NCBI RefSeq assembly: GCF_009914755.1
Contig: NC_060931.1
Reading direction: 5' to 3' (one strand)
DNA: 64,000 nt
From: the human T2T-CHM13v2.0 reference genome, Homo sapiens
Shown: positions 1-14,939 of the stretch, one piece after another
How positions within the stretch are numbered: the stretch's first letter is position 1
How the letters are laid out: the number at the start of each line of letters is the position of its first letter
Program-made: the position numbers and the translations under genes
The notes under the pieces: model-generated
Told to the model about the DNA's origin: nothing
Seen by the model: only the letters and a program-made list of their open reading frames with translations
The model's database searches: none

Positions 1-59
1 TGTTTTATTTTAAACTGGTCTGTCCTTATAAGAAGAACCTAAAGTGTTCTCACACTGGT

Positions 60-345
60 CTACATCAGATCTCCTTGTTTGCTTTGCTAGAACACTTACC
101 ACTTTCTAAAATTAACTCATTTATTTTGTTGTTGCTGCTGCTGCTGCTGCTGCTGGTGGTGGTGGTGGTGGTGGTAGTGATGGTGATGGTGGTGTTTATG
201 TTTTTATTGTCTGTCTCATGTTTCTAGAATAAGAGCTCCGTGAAGAAAGAGACTTGTTCTGTTTTGTTCATGCCTATATTCTCAGCATGAGAAGAATCCT
301 TAGCACATATTAGGAACCATTAACTATGTGTGGAATTAATGAAAA
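60..345 (+). mobile_element. LINE-2 3' end fragment containing a trinucleotide repeat
   Basis: L2 tail-like motifs (ctagaataagagctccgtgaag...cttagcacatattagga...gaattaatgaa). Confidence 0.6.
128..196. repeat. Compound trinucleotide microsatellite (GTT)2(GCT)7(GGT)7 plus degenerate GGT/GAT
   Basis: Read directly from the sequence. Confidence 0.9.
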
Positions 346-357
346 AGGAAATGTTCA

Positions 358-652
358 GGCTGGGCTTTGTGGCTCATGCCTATAATTCCAGCCCTTTGGG
401 AGTCCAAAGCAGGAGGATTGCTTGAGCCCAGGAATTTGAGACCAGCATGGGCAACATAGTGAAACTTCACCTCTACCAAAAAAATTTTAAGTTAGCCAGG
501 CATGGTGGCATGCTCCTGTAGTCCCAGCTACTTGGGAGGCTGAGGTAAGAGGATCAGTTGAGCTTGGGAGGTCAAGGCTGCAGTGAGCGTGATTATGCCA
601 TTGCACTCCAGCCTGGGTGACAGAGCAAGACCTTGTCTTTAAAAATAAAAAA
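358..652 (+). mobile_element. Alu (AluJ-like)
   Basis: Dimeric Alu with A tail; TSD AAAAAGGAAATGTT at 342-355 and 648-661. Confidence 0.93.
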
Positions 653-1116
653 GGAAATGTTAAAAAAAAGAGAAAGAAATGTTCAAAACTTGCCCCAATA
701 ATTTTTACCAAAAAAAAAAGAATACTAGTAAGAAAAGACATTTCCTAGATAAGAAGAGCCACTCTAATTAAAACACTATGATACTGACATAAATAGATAA
801 GTATTAAAGAGTCCAGGCTCTTATATATTTTGGAAAGTAATATAGGATAAAGGTGTCACTTCAAATTATCAGAGAAAGAGTGATCCATAATGATTGATTT
901 TTACCGAATCCTGGCATAATTGTCTGTCCTCCTTGAACAAAGAAAATGTCATACCATATTTACAAAATAAATTCCAGATAGTAAAGCCAAGAAGTAACAA
1001 TTTGTTAAAAAAATAATAATAAGTAGGAGAAAAATGAAGTTATTGTTTGTATAAAATCAAGATCAGGGTCTTTTTCTTTAAGCAAGACAAGAAAGCCAAA
1101 AGAAAAAGAATAATTT

Positions 1117-4100
1117 GGGGCAGGGCCAAGATGGCCGACTAGAAGCAGTGGTGATCTGAGGCTCTCATCAAAAAGAACTAAAACAGCTTGCTATCCTGCA
1201 CTGGCAACCAAGGTATCCAGGTTCTGTCATGGGGACAGACCAGGCAGCTGGCATGATCCACGGAGAGGAAGGAAGAGCAGTGTAGTGCGGCGGCCCACCT
1301 GAGAGCCACATGGGGCAGGGGACCCCTCACCCCCCCAGCCAAGGGAGGCAGTGAGTGAGCGTGCTACCCAGCCTGGGAAACTGTGCTTTTTCCACGGAAC
1401 TGTGCAACCCACGGATCGGAAGATCCCACTCATGAGCCCATGCCACCGGGGCCTAGGGTCCCAACCATGGAGCTGCTCAGATTCTCAACAGCCACTAAGC
1501 TAGAATCTGCTTAAGCCTGCCAAGCTCCTGGTGGGAGGGCCGGCCATCACCACAGCTGCGGGTGCCTGCTGTCTAAGCCCTCTGTGCTCCTTCAGGGAGG
1601 GGCAGCAGCCAACACTGGGACTGCTAGCTGCCTAACACACTAAGCTCCCAGGGCGGGGTAAGGGCAGCAGCCATCTCTATAGCTCTAGGCCATGCTCTTC
1701 CCCTGCTGAAGCCAGGGAGGCTGGATGGCTTGGTCCCAAGAGGGATTCCCCACAGCCCAACACACTGGCTGTGGCAGATTGTGGCCAGAGTACCTCTTCA
1801 GACCTGACCCTGACTCATCTTTTCTCATGGGGACGGGGCATCCCTGCAGGAACTCCAACAACTCCAGGCAGGGGCTCAGGGGCAGAACTCTGATCTCTCT
1901 GGGCCTGAGCCCCTAGGGGGAGGGGTGGCCATAGTCTCTGCAGACCAGCAGACTTAGTCTTTCCTCCTGCTAGTTCTGAGGAACCCAGGCAGGCCAGATG
2001 AGTAGGTTTCCATCCAGCTCGGCACACCCCCTCCACCAAGGGACAACCAAAGTGCTTCATTAAATGGGTCCTGCTCCCCATGCCACCCAACTGGGCGAGA
2101 CCCTCTTAACGGGTTGTCAGACACCCTATATAGGAATGTTTCTATTAGCATCAGGTAGGTGCCCCTTGAGGTCAGATATCTCAGAGGAAGGAGCAGGTAC
2201 CCATCTTTGCCGTTCTCCAGCCTCCTCAAGTTCACTCCAGGTGCAGGAGTGAAACAGATAAATAGGGCCTGAAGTAAATGCCCAGCAAACCACAGCAGCC
2301 ATACAGAAGAGGGACCTGACCATTGAAAGAAAAAACAAACAAACAAATAGAAAGCAACAACAGCATCAACAAAAATGTTCCCGCAAAAACCTCCTCCAAG
2401 GGTCAGCAGCCTCAAAGATTGACACTAGACAAACTCATGAAGATGAGAAAGAATCAACAAAAAGATGCTGAAAACCCAAAAGGCCAGAGTGCCTCTACTC
2501 CTTCAAACGATCGCAACAGCTCTCCAGCAATGGCGCAGAACTGGACAGAAGATGAGATGGATGAAGTAGGCTTCAGAAGGTGGGTAGTAATAAACTCTGC
2601 TGTGCTAAAAGGAGCATGTACTAACTCAATGCAAAGAAGCTAAGAACCTTGATAAAAACCTTACAGGAGCTTCTAACTAGAATAACCAGTTTAGACAGGA
2701 ACATAAATGACATGATGGAGATGAAAAACAGCATGAGACCTTCGTGAAGCATACACAAGTATCAATAGCCAAATTGATCAAGCAGAAGAAAGAATATCAG
2801 AGTTGGAAGGCCATCTTGCTGAAATAAGGCAGCCACACAAGATTAGAGAAAAAAAGAATGAAAAAGAACAAACAAAACTTCCAAGAAATATGGAACTATG
2901 TAAAAAGACAGAACCTACAATTGATTGGAGTACCTGAAAGAGACAGGGAGAATGGAACCAAGTTGGAAAACACATTTCAGGATATTATCTAGGAGTACTT
3001 CCCCAACCTAGCAAGACAGGCCAACATTCAAATTCAGGAAATACAGAGAACACCATAAAGATACCAACCCCAAGACACATGATCAACAGATTCTTCAAGG
3101 TCAAAATGAAGGAAAAAATGTTAAGGGCAGCCAGAGAGAAAGGCCAGGTGACCTACAAAGGGAAGCCCATCAGACTAACAGCTGATCTCTCAGCAGAAAC
3201 CCTGCAAGCCAGAAGAGAGTGGGGGCCAATATTCAACATTCTTAAAGAATTTTCAACCCAGAATTTCATATCCAGCCAAACTAAGCTTCATAAATGAAGG
3301 AGAAATAAAATCATTTTCAGACAAGCAAATGCTGAGGGATTTTTTCACCACCAGGCCTGTCTTGCAAGAGCTCCTGAAGGAAGCACTAAATATGGAAAGG
3401 AAAAACTGGTAGTAGCCACTGCAAAAAACACACCAAAATATAAAGACCAATGATGTTGTGAAGAAACTGCATCAACTAGTGTGCAAAATAACCAGATAGC
3501 ATCATGATGACAGGATCAAATTCACATGTAACAATATTAACCTTAAATGTAAATGGGCTACATGCCCCAATTAGAAGACAGACTGGCAAACTGGATAAAG
3601 AATCAAAACCCATCGGTGTGCGGTACCCACGAGACCCATCTCATGTGCAGAGACACACATGGGCCAAAATAAAGGGATGGAGGAAAATTTACCAAGCAAA
3701 TGAAAAGAAAAAAAAAAAGCAGAGGTTGCAGTCCTAGTCTCTTGACAAAACAGACTTTAAACCAACAAAGATCAGAAAAGACAAAGAAGGGCATTACATG
3801 ATGATAAACAGTACAATTGAAAAAGAACAACTAACTATCCAAAATATATATGTACCCAATACAGGAGCACCTAGATTCATAAAACAAGTTCTTAGAGACC
3901 TAGAAAGAGTTTTAGACTCCCACAAAATAATACTAGGAGACTTTAACACCCCAGTGTCAATATTAGATTAATGAGACAGAAAATTAACAAGGATATTCAG
4001 AACTTGAACTCAGCTCTGGATCAAGTGGACCTAATAGACAGCTACAGAACTCTCCACCCCAAATCCACAGAATATACATTCTTCTCAGTCCCACATGACA

Positions 4101-6123
4101 CTTTTTCAGAAAACAACTAAATAATTAGAAGTGGAATCACTCCTCAGCAAATGCAAAAGAACTGAAATCATAACAAAACATTCTCTCAGACCACAGTACA
4201 ATCAAATTAGATCTCAGGATTAAGAAACTCACTCAAAACCACACAATTACATGGAAATTGAATAGCCTGCCCCTGAATGACTCCTGGGTAAATAATGAAA
4301 TTAAGGCAGAAATCAAGAAGTTCTTTGAAACCAATGAGAACAAAGAGACAATGTACCAGAATCTCTGGGATGCAGCTAAAGAAGTGTTAAGAGGGAAACA
4401 TTGCACTAAATGCTCACATCAGAAAGTTAGAAAGAGCTCAAATCGACACCCAAGTATCACAATTAAAGGAACTAGAGAAGCAAGAGCAAACAAATCCTAA
4501 AGCTAGCAGAAGACAAGAAATAACTAAGATCAGAGGAGAACTGAAGGATATGGAGACACAAAAAAACCCTTCAAAAGATGAATGTATCCAGGAGCTGGTT
4601 TTTTTGAAAAAATTAACAAAATAGAGCACTAGATAGACTAATGAAAAGAGAGAAGAATCAAATAGACACAATAACAAATGATAAATGGGATATCACCAGT
4701 GACCCCAGAGAAGTACAAACTACCATCAGAGAATACTGTAAACACCTCTACACAAATAAACTAGAAAATCTAGAAGAAATGGATAAACTCATAACACATA
4801 CACCCTCTCAAGATTAAACCAGGAAGAAGTTGAATCTCTGAATAGACCAATAACAAGTTCTGAAATTGGGGCAGTAATTCGTAGCCTACAAACCAAAAAA
4901 AGCCCAGGACCAGATGGATTCACAGCCAAATTCTACCAGAGATACAGAGAGGAGCTGGTACTATTCCTTCTGAAACTATTCCAAACAATTGAAAAGGAGG
5001 GACTCCTTCCTAACACATTTTATGAGGCCAGCATCATCCTGATACCAAAACCAGGTGGAAACACACACAAAAAAGCAAACTTCAGGCCAATATCCTTGAT
5101 GAGCATTGAAACAAAAATCCTCAATAAAATACTGACAAACCAAATCCAGCAGCACATCAAAAAGCTTCATCCCCAGGATGCAAGGCTGCTTCAACATATG
5201 CAAATCAATAAATGTAATCCATCATATAAGCAGAACCAATGAAAAAAACCACATGATTAACTCAATAGATGCAGAAACGGCCTTCGATAAAATTCAACAT
5301 CGCTTCATGTTAAAAACTCTCAATAAACTAGGTATTGATGGAAGTACCTCCAAATAATAAGAGCTATTTATGACAAACCCATAGCCAATATCATACTGAA
5401 TGGGCAAAAGCTGGAAGCATTCCCTTTGAAAACCGTCACAAGACAAGGATGCTCTCTCTCAACACTCCTATTCAACATAGTATTGGAAGTCCTGGCCAGG
5501 GCAATCAGGCAAGAGAAAGAAATAAAGGATATTCAAATAGGAAGAGAGGAAGTCAAATTGCCTCTGTTTGCAGATGTCATGATTCTGTATTTAGAAAACC
5601 CTATTGTATCAGCCCAAAAACTTCTTAAGCTGATAAGGAACTTCAGCAAAGTCTCAGCATACAAAATCAATGTACAGAAATCACAAGCATTCCTACGTAC
5701 CAACAATAGACAAACAGAGAGACAAATGATGAATGAACTCTTATTCACAATTGCCATAAAGAGAATAAAATACCTAGGAATACAGCTAACAAGGGATGTG
5801 AAGGGCCTCTTCAAGGAGAACTACAAACCACTGCTCAAGAAAATAAGAGAGGACACAAACAAATGGAAAAACATTCCATGCTCGTGGATAGGAAGAATCA
5901 ATATCATGAAAATGGCCATACTCCCCAAAGTAATTTATAGATTCAAAGCTATCCCCATCAAGCTATCATTGACATTCCTCACAGAATTAGAAAAAAAAAC
6001 TACTTTAAATTTTATATAAAACCAAAAAAGAGCCTGTATAGCCAAGACAATCCTGAGCAAAAAGAACAAAGCTGGAGGCATCATGCTACCTGACTTCAAA
6101 CTATACTACAGTGCTACAGTAAC

Positions 6124-6161
<38 letters not shown>

Positions 6162-7560
6162 GGTACTGGTACCAAAACAGACATACAGACCAATGGAATG
6201 GAACAGAAACCTCAGAAACAATGCCACACATCTATAACCATCTGATCTTCGACAAACCTGACAAAAACAAGCTATGGGAAAAGGATTCCCTGTTTAATAA
6301 GTGATGCTGGGAAAACTGGCTAGCCATATGCAGAAAACTGAAACTGGACCCCTTCCTTACACCTTATACAAAAATTAACTCAAAATGAATTAAAGACCTA
6401 AATATAAAGCCCCAAATCATAAAAACCCTAGAAAAAATCCCAGGTAATACCATTCAGGACTTACGCATGGGCAAAGATTTCGTGACAAAAATGCCAAAAG
6501 CAATTTTAACAAAAGCTAAAATTGACAAATGGGATCTAATTAAACTAAAGAGCTTCTGCACAGCAAAAGAATGAATAGAGTGAACAGAATGAACAGGCAA
6601 CAGAATGGGGGAACATTTTTGCAATCTACCCATCTGACAAAGGTCTAATATGTGGAATCTACAAGGAACTTAAACAGATTTACAAGGAAAAAACAACCCC
6701 ATCAAAAAGTGGGCAAAGGATACAAACAGAAATTTCTCAAAAGAAGACATTTATACAGCCAACAAACATATGAAAAAAAGTTCAACATCACTGATCATTA
6801 GAGAATTGCAAATCAAAACCATAATGAGACCATCTCATGCCTGTCAGAATGGCAATTATTAAAAAGTCAAGAAACAGTAGCTGCTGGTGAGGCTGAGGAG
6901 AAATAGGAACACTTTTACACTGTTAGTGGGAATGTGAATTAGTTCAATCATGGTGGAAGACAGTGTGGTGATTCCTCAAGGATCTAGAACCAGAAATACC
7001 ATTTGACCCAGCAATCCCATTACTGGGTATATACCCAAAGGAATATAAATGATTCTGCTATAAAGACACATGCACATGTATGTTTATTGCAGCACTATTT
7101 ACAATAGCAAAGACATGGAACCAACCCAAATGCCCATCAATGATAGACTGGATAAAGAAAATGTGGTACATATTAACCATGGAATACTACGTAGCCATAA
7201 AAAGGAATGAGATCATGTCCTTTGCAGGGACATGGATGAAGCTGGAACCCATCATCCTCATCAAACTAACACATAAACAGAAAACCAAGCATGTTCTGAC
7301 TCGTAAGTGGGAATTTAACAATGTGAACATATGGACACAGCGAGGGAAATATCACACACAGGGGCCTGTTGGGGAGTCAGGGGGCGAGGGGAGGGAGAGC
7401 ATCAGGACAAATAGCTAATGCATGCAGGGCTTAAAACCTAGATGACGGGTAGATAGGTGCAGCAAACCACCATGGCACAAGTATACCTACATAACAAACC
7501 TGCATGTCTTGCACATGTATCCTGGAACGTAAAGTAAAGTAAAAAAGAAAAATAATAATT
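1117..7560 (+). mobile_element. Full-length LINE-1 (older primate L1PA, roughly L1PA7-L1PA10), inactive
   Basis: 5'UTR begins GGGGCAGGGCCAAGATGGCCGACTAGAAGC; ORF1 remnants (KVKMKEKMLRAAREKGQVTYKGKPIRLTADLSAETLQARREW); ORF2 start MTGSNSHVTILTLNVNGL at ~3507; RT remnant [34 protein letters not shown]; G-rich 3'UTR; 19-bp TSD 1098-1116 vs 7543-7561 (18/19 identical). ORFs are broken. Confidence 0.96.
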
Positions 7561-7621
7561 TATTTTACTAAATAAAAATTTAAATTTTTATGTGGAAAAA
7601 AGTGTATACTTATTTCACTTT

Positions 7622-7624
<3 letters not shown>

Positions 7625-7652
<28 letters not shown>
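7625..7652. repeat. (CA)n microsatellite
   Basis: Read directly. Confidence 0.9.
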
Positions 7653-7769
7653 GGGCAAACTTGATCATATACAAAAAAATTCTATAAACTGATTACCAAG
7701 AATCCAATATTAAAATTGGTACCTTGATAAAAAACCAAGAATCCAATATTAAATTTGGTACCAGCTATG

Positions 7770-8790
<1,021 letters not shown>

Positions 8791-9308
8791 AAACAAATCT
8801 AAAGATTGTTCACTGATAAATGTAAATATACGGTATAGGACCCTGGTAGTTTGGCTTTGAGCATGTATAAATACCATACAATATAGGAAAGGAGACCCAA
8901 TATTATTGTATTTGGTCAGAGAAATCATCATAGGAAAAAAACAGCAAGTCTCACTTGACGAAATGTGTTGATATGCTTTTGTAAATCTACTTACAGGTTG
9001 GAGGTTTGGAATTTGCATTTCTTTTTTCAACTCAATTAAAACTTAGTTGTTCTAAGAAATAGTTATTAGGAAGCCAAATTATGAAATAAACCATCTTAGA
9101 CTAAAGAAAACAATGCTTCACCGTTTAATATGTTGTTATCTTCCTGTTTTACTCTTTATAACTGCCCAGTATAAAAGTGAAGACCTTACTATGCTGGCCT
9201 AACTGACTGAGTAGCCCACTCTTTTTTTAAAGTTGAAGTTTTTTCAACATACTTGTAATATATACATTTGATACAAAGATTGTTTATCATTTTTCTTTTT
9301 TATTTCAG

Positions 9309-9357
9309 AACGCTTTACCCTGTACAGCTCTAAAAACCTTAGACAAGCATGGAATAA
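9309..9357 (+). CDS. CDK14: CDK14 internal coding exon (49 nt), (E)RFTLYSSKNLRQAWN(K), kinase C-lobe
   Basis: Polypyrimidine tract + tttcAG acceptor ending 9308; donor AA|GTAAGT at 9358; translation matches the recalled CDK14 sequence; the AA|G phase joins in frame with the exon at 42421. Confidence 0.95.
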
Positions 9358-12300
9358 GTAAGTCTTTATACAGATTGTGCTCATTCTCTTTCTTTCTCTT
9401 TTAATATTTACAACTCTTCTCATACGTTTTTCATGGCATTGTTGATTCATCCTGCTGTGTATTTATTCATTCATTTAACCATTAAACTGCTGTTAAACCT
9501 TAACTGTGTGCTAGCTACTATGTTCAGCCTGAGCCAACACTGTATGAATTTGAGTTCCTAGAGCGATGTGGCATTGCTTCAGAACTGTAAATCCTAAAAT
9601 TCCTTGTGGTCAGCCTTCTTGCAGCTAAATTCCAAGAAATATTTTTGTATCAGCAACATAGCATTTAGAAAATATAATATAATGACTGACTTTCTAATAT
9701 AAATGATGTTGGTGACAACTTTTGAGCTAAAGTTGATCTTTCAGATTTTTTCACTTCGCATATTTTTCCCTTACGCCTTATTGGGAAGCTAAATGCATTT
9801 ATGACTGAAGTGTGTGTTCTCCATTTATTTCATGTCTGTTCTCTCATCTGACCTTACTTCATTTTATTTGTTGTTTTTGAGATTTCATAAAATCTGAAGA
9901 TCTGGATTTTGTAGTTACTCAGGAGACTTTTATTGCAAGCCAATGTGTTAGAAAATCATTAGAAGTGGGAAACAGTAATTTAGTCATTCCCGTTTACTTG
10001 TGAGTGTCACATTTCAAGGTTTATGCTGGATAAAAGACAACTGGAACTGGTTTGATTAAATAAACTGTAATTTGTCATAAAATTTTGTCTACTTGGAATT
10101 TAGTGTTATACTCACATTTTTTCACTGTTATCACATGTTTAATTTTGGATACTCCCAGTTATGAAAAAAATAACAAAAAACTTTTTCATATTAAAATGCT
10201 GCTAATCCGTGCTCTCAGTGGATACAGTGGACAGCTAATGGCGAGGAACTCATGAAATGAATACATTAAATTCTGCGGTAGTTTACTTTAGGGATTTGGC
10301 CATTTATTTTTATTAAATTTGTACCTCGAATAACACATAGGTATAATCATTTTTGTCTAACCTGGGGCTTTGCATGTGCCATTTGAAGAGCCAGTTCTTA
10401 ACCTCAAGGCTCCCCTGGGAAGCATTCCCTCTCCTGGGAGCTTCCTGTGCATGCTCCTCTTCTCTGCCTCCCCATTTCCTGATCACTGGTCTAACATATT
10501 TTAATTAAGTGCTTTTATACACCAGATAATATATACAGTATACAGTTCCTACCTTAATTAAATGATCAAACACATTCCTCTCATAGGAATAAGACATCAT
10601 TCCTTCCAACCAGATAACCACTTTATGAAACAATTCTTGATAAAGCCATTGAATCTCTAAACCTACATTTAAAGTAACAGGAAAATCTGAAACTATCATA
10701 CTGTAGCATAGCAGCATTTCTGGAGAATAGGTAATTAGAATTACAGAATTACAGAATTTATCATTAGAATTAATTCAAAGGCATTTAATAAACTGAGTCC
10801 CACCATTAGTCCCACTTTTTAAATATTTTAAGGAAAATGATAAAAGCTGAGCTTGAGGTAAGATTTTAAAATTATGAACATGACTTGTTTAGAACGATGC
10901 TATTTTTAAGTCCTTGTAAGTTTTGCCTTAAGGGTTTATTTCAGAAACACTAAGTAATAAAATCATTACTAAAAATATTAAAATGCTACTTTCTGGTATT
11001 CCAGTATTAAGTGCTGAATCTTTAGAGCCAAGCTGTAGCCTCTAGCCAATTCAAACCAAGGCAATTTAAAGAGAACTAAGATGCAGAGACGTTAATTATA
11101 TTATTGATTCTTCCTCCAAATGGTCCTTGCAACCATCATCAGCATTTCAGCATCTTTCACTTAAGGAGTGAGATCAGAATTCAAAAGAACTACATTAAAA
11201 GACTATTACGCGAGTGATGGTTTTCTCTATTTCCAACTAATTTGCTTGTCTATAGCACAATTACTAAACTGAAGCAACTGTTAAATTCTCTTGTACAGTG
11301 GTAATAGGTTTAAAATAAATTGAACTAATTTGCAAGAACTAATTTGAATTCAGTTTAGATGGGTTAATATAAGATAGGTGGGTTAATATAAAAAAGTAGG
11401 TCACTGTTCAAAATTAAGTAACAATGCTTTTAAAAATATGTATTAACCTAGGTATTGAAGCTAGTGGAGATGTTAACCTGCCTAAGAGAGTAGGAATTTC
11501 TTGAGAAATGAATCCTTAAGTTTATTTGAATAGCTATAACAAAAGACCCAGTTTATTTTGGGGCCAACTCTGCCCTAAGTAACACCTAGGCAATTCCCTG
11601 CTGACTTCATTTATGTCAGCAACCATGGGCATAATTTCATCCTTTGAAAGATATTTTTATTGTTCTGGGAAAACAAAGCAGCAATGGGAGAAAATATAAG
11701 ATCCAACAGATATCCAAATTCAAAAGAATAATAGAAAGAAGAAATCTTAATTATGCGATTGAGAATAATAAATATATATTAAAAAAAAAGGAAAGTCCTT
11801 TTATTCCCTCATACTAGAAGTGCATAATCCATGTGGGCTCTTCCTCCATAAAGGGGATTGTGGATTAAAGGGAGACAAATCTTAATTTTATAAAAACATG
11901 TACTGTTTTCTGACTGCCTTCAAACCATTCTATTTTATTTCATTGCAGTTATACTCTCCCTATTTCTCTTCCAAATCTCTCTATTTATAGTTGTCTGACA
12001 TTGGCATGTATGTGCAATCAACCAAGAATTTTAGCCACTTAAAAGATCTTTTATTATTTTGGCTGGAGAAGAAGCCTTAGTGTATGCTCTCCAGCAAAGT
12101 TAAGGGGAAGATTCCAGGAACACATTTGCTTGTTTTGGAACTTTTAAACAGCTGAATGATTTCGGAGGTTTGAAAGTATCAAAAAGAGAACTAAGGATAA
12201 ACCACTAAGTCACAGAAGACAGATCTGGAAAAGACCGCTTGTGGCTGGTAACAAGAAGCACGTCTACAGACTTGAATAGGCACAGGTTAACCTTTTCCTG

Positions 12301-14939
12301 CTTGTTCCCACACATGTTATGGTTCTGCTTATCCTCTCTTAGTTAAGTAAAACTGGATTTCTCCTAAGAACTTATAAAAATTGGTATTCTAAATTGTGTA
12401 GTAAATACAGAGACATTTAAACAAAGGTACCTTTCTGGAAACACAAAAATAGAGAAGAAAAATCTTACCTGCTACAATTGAATGTACCAGCAGAGTCTCC
12501 AACCTGAATTTAAAAGATTTAGAAATGTTTCCTAACTTTGTGTTCTTGAACTTTCCTTGAGTATTTTATCTGACTTGATGTTTAACTTCCAAGACATATT
12601 TTAAAGGTGACTTGCTAGATAGTTGAGTTACATATGCATAAAACATAATGTATTTAAAATAATATTCGGAGGAATAACGTAACTTTCACTCTGTATTTAT
12701 GTTGGTGGTGCTCTATTGTATTTTTCTTGTCATTATAGCTGATGTGTACCATTAAGATTTAAGTCAGAGAATTCGCAACAAACTGAAAGACCCTGTTTTC
12801 CATTCTCCCTAATGTTCTAAGTCGATCTAAAATTTTCTAACATAATAATATATTGCAAAGTAAGCTAGAGTTGTAAATGTCTTTCCCTGTTTAAAAATGT
12901 GAGAGGAAGGTAAGAACACTGTTATTTCACTAGGAGGAGCAGTTGAGTTGAGTGAGTTCTTAAATCATCTTTCCCCACTTTCACTTTTTTTTTTCATTGT
13001 TGATCATTTTTGTTATAATTCTATTTACTTCAAAGTAACAATTTTAATTTATTTAGTGCCTGGAGACTTCTTCTTGTAATATTTTCAAAGAAATTATTCT
13101 ATACATCACTATTAAATGTTTGAGGGATGGGTTTATTGGATGGATAAACTCTAAAGCAGACACTAAAGCAGACCTTTTGGAATTCCAGTCTTATAACTCA
13201 AAGGGTGAGCTGCAGCTGTCCACTGCCCAGCTCTATGGATTTGAGTTCAGCATTAGAACACTGCATGAGGTGTAGTTCTTCACCACATGCCATACCCTTG
13301 AAAATGTACTGTTTTCAATATGCAGACAGTCCAATCCAAGCAGGTCTCTTGTCCTGACCCTGCACTGCCATACATAGTATTGTTTGGAGGCCCCCAAAGG
13401 CTCACCTGCTTGCTTGGAAGTTGCAGTTCATAGCAATTTCTGGAGACATTTGTTTTCATAAGAATGAATCATTAGTTCAGTTACTAAAAGCATTATGTGG
13501 ATATGATGTTTATCAAAACCCCCTAAACCCCTTGCCATCTAATAGAAAGCAGCTCTTCTAGGAAATTGCAGATAGGATTCTTGAAAGGAAAAAGAGGAGG
13601 ACCTAAAATAGGAGATGCTTTCCAGGCCCTGGTGGGAGTCCTAGAGAGCCTTGGAAAAGACAATAAAGATCTGTCCAAAGATTCAGGTTGCAAGCAGGTG
13701 CCAGGAGGACAAAGAGAAAACTATCTGAGTGGAAGATGGTAAATTTGCCAAAGGCCTAGCCCTGATCACTAGCAGTGGCAACAGCATAAATGTGAAAGCA
13801 TATGAAACGGACATAGTCAAAGGCCTGACATGCAACTCATCTCCACAGATATAGTTGTGATGGAACTAACAGTTAGCCTTTTGCAATGTACATTGTCACA
13901 TCCCCACATATGCTTATGGCAGTCTTTTGAGGTAGGGCAGATATTATCATCTTGATTGTATAGCCTAAAATTAAAAACAGGCTTATGAGATCAAATGATC
14001 AGCACAATTGAAAATAACAACTAGGAATATATGTACTCCAGTGAATCTTATGAAGGGAATATTATCCATTTTAAAACCCCATATTCATGGGAGCTTATCA
14101 ATATCTAATTTTATTTTGTTCTCGCTGCAGCCATGGGTGGGGATATCTCTTCTGGGACCTGATGTCATTCCCCATCTAGATTTCATGCAGCCAGGAGAGC
14201 TGGGACAGAACAGAAGCCTGACTTCCTCTGTCCTGGGGAAAACAGTGTTTGCAGCTGGCTGACTGCCCACACCACCAACTTGGGCCTCTCCTGCCCACTG
14301 CTGGGTAATGCACCATGGGAAAAAGGCTGGCTTTGTGACAGTCTAAGTGCCAGAGATGACAGGCCTGCCTGCTACCCACTCACACCCTACCAGTGAGGTT
14401 TGTCACCTCTTCCACACAGCTCCCACTGCCCCCAAGAGGTTAAGCCCTGTCATTTTGTGTCATTGCCAGATTTCTTATCCATGTCTCTTTTTTTGTAGCA
14501 AAGAATTCAGTGTCATTAATAACCCCTGGTGATGGCCAAGGGCAGGCCCCATGCTATTTGTTATCTGTTGGACACGCGTTTTTTGATCCCCTTCTGATAG
14601 ACAGAAAATACCCATCTTCTCTCTTACTAATTGGCAGTATGTGCCAGGCTTGGGAGTTGGCAACAGCCATTGCTTTTCATCCTTTCAGATTACGTGTTGG
14701 ACTCCTCATCCAAAAGTGCACGCTTACGATGCGGCTAATACCTTCCTCCTGCCATCCAGCTCATTAAGGAATAAAACCCAACCCTACTTCTGAAGTGGCA
14801 CAGAGCTTCTAGAGGCAGCTGGGCTGCTCATTTCCCTGAAAGGAGGAGATGGAATTAGGCTTTCTCGAAGTCTTCTCCAAACAGATTCTAGAAGCATAAA
14901 CTGTAGGAGTTCCTCTGTTCTCCCAAATATGCCATGGGT

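Noticed and set aside
1117-2300. CpG-island promoter of an independent gene
   Set aside because: GC-rich sequence is the L1 5'UTR, bounded by the L1 TSD, with many CpGs decayed.
5426-6019. 197-aa reverse-transcriptase ORF as a novel RT system
   Set aside because: Fragment of L1 ORF2 within a frameshifted element; the catalytic FADD motif reads FADV.
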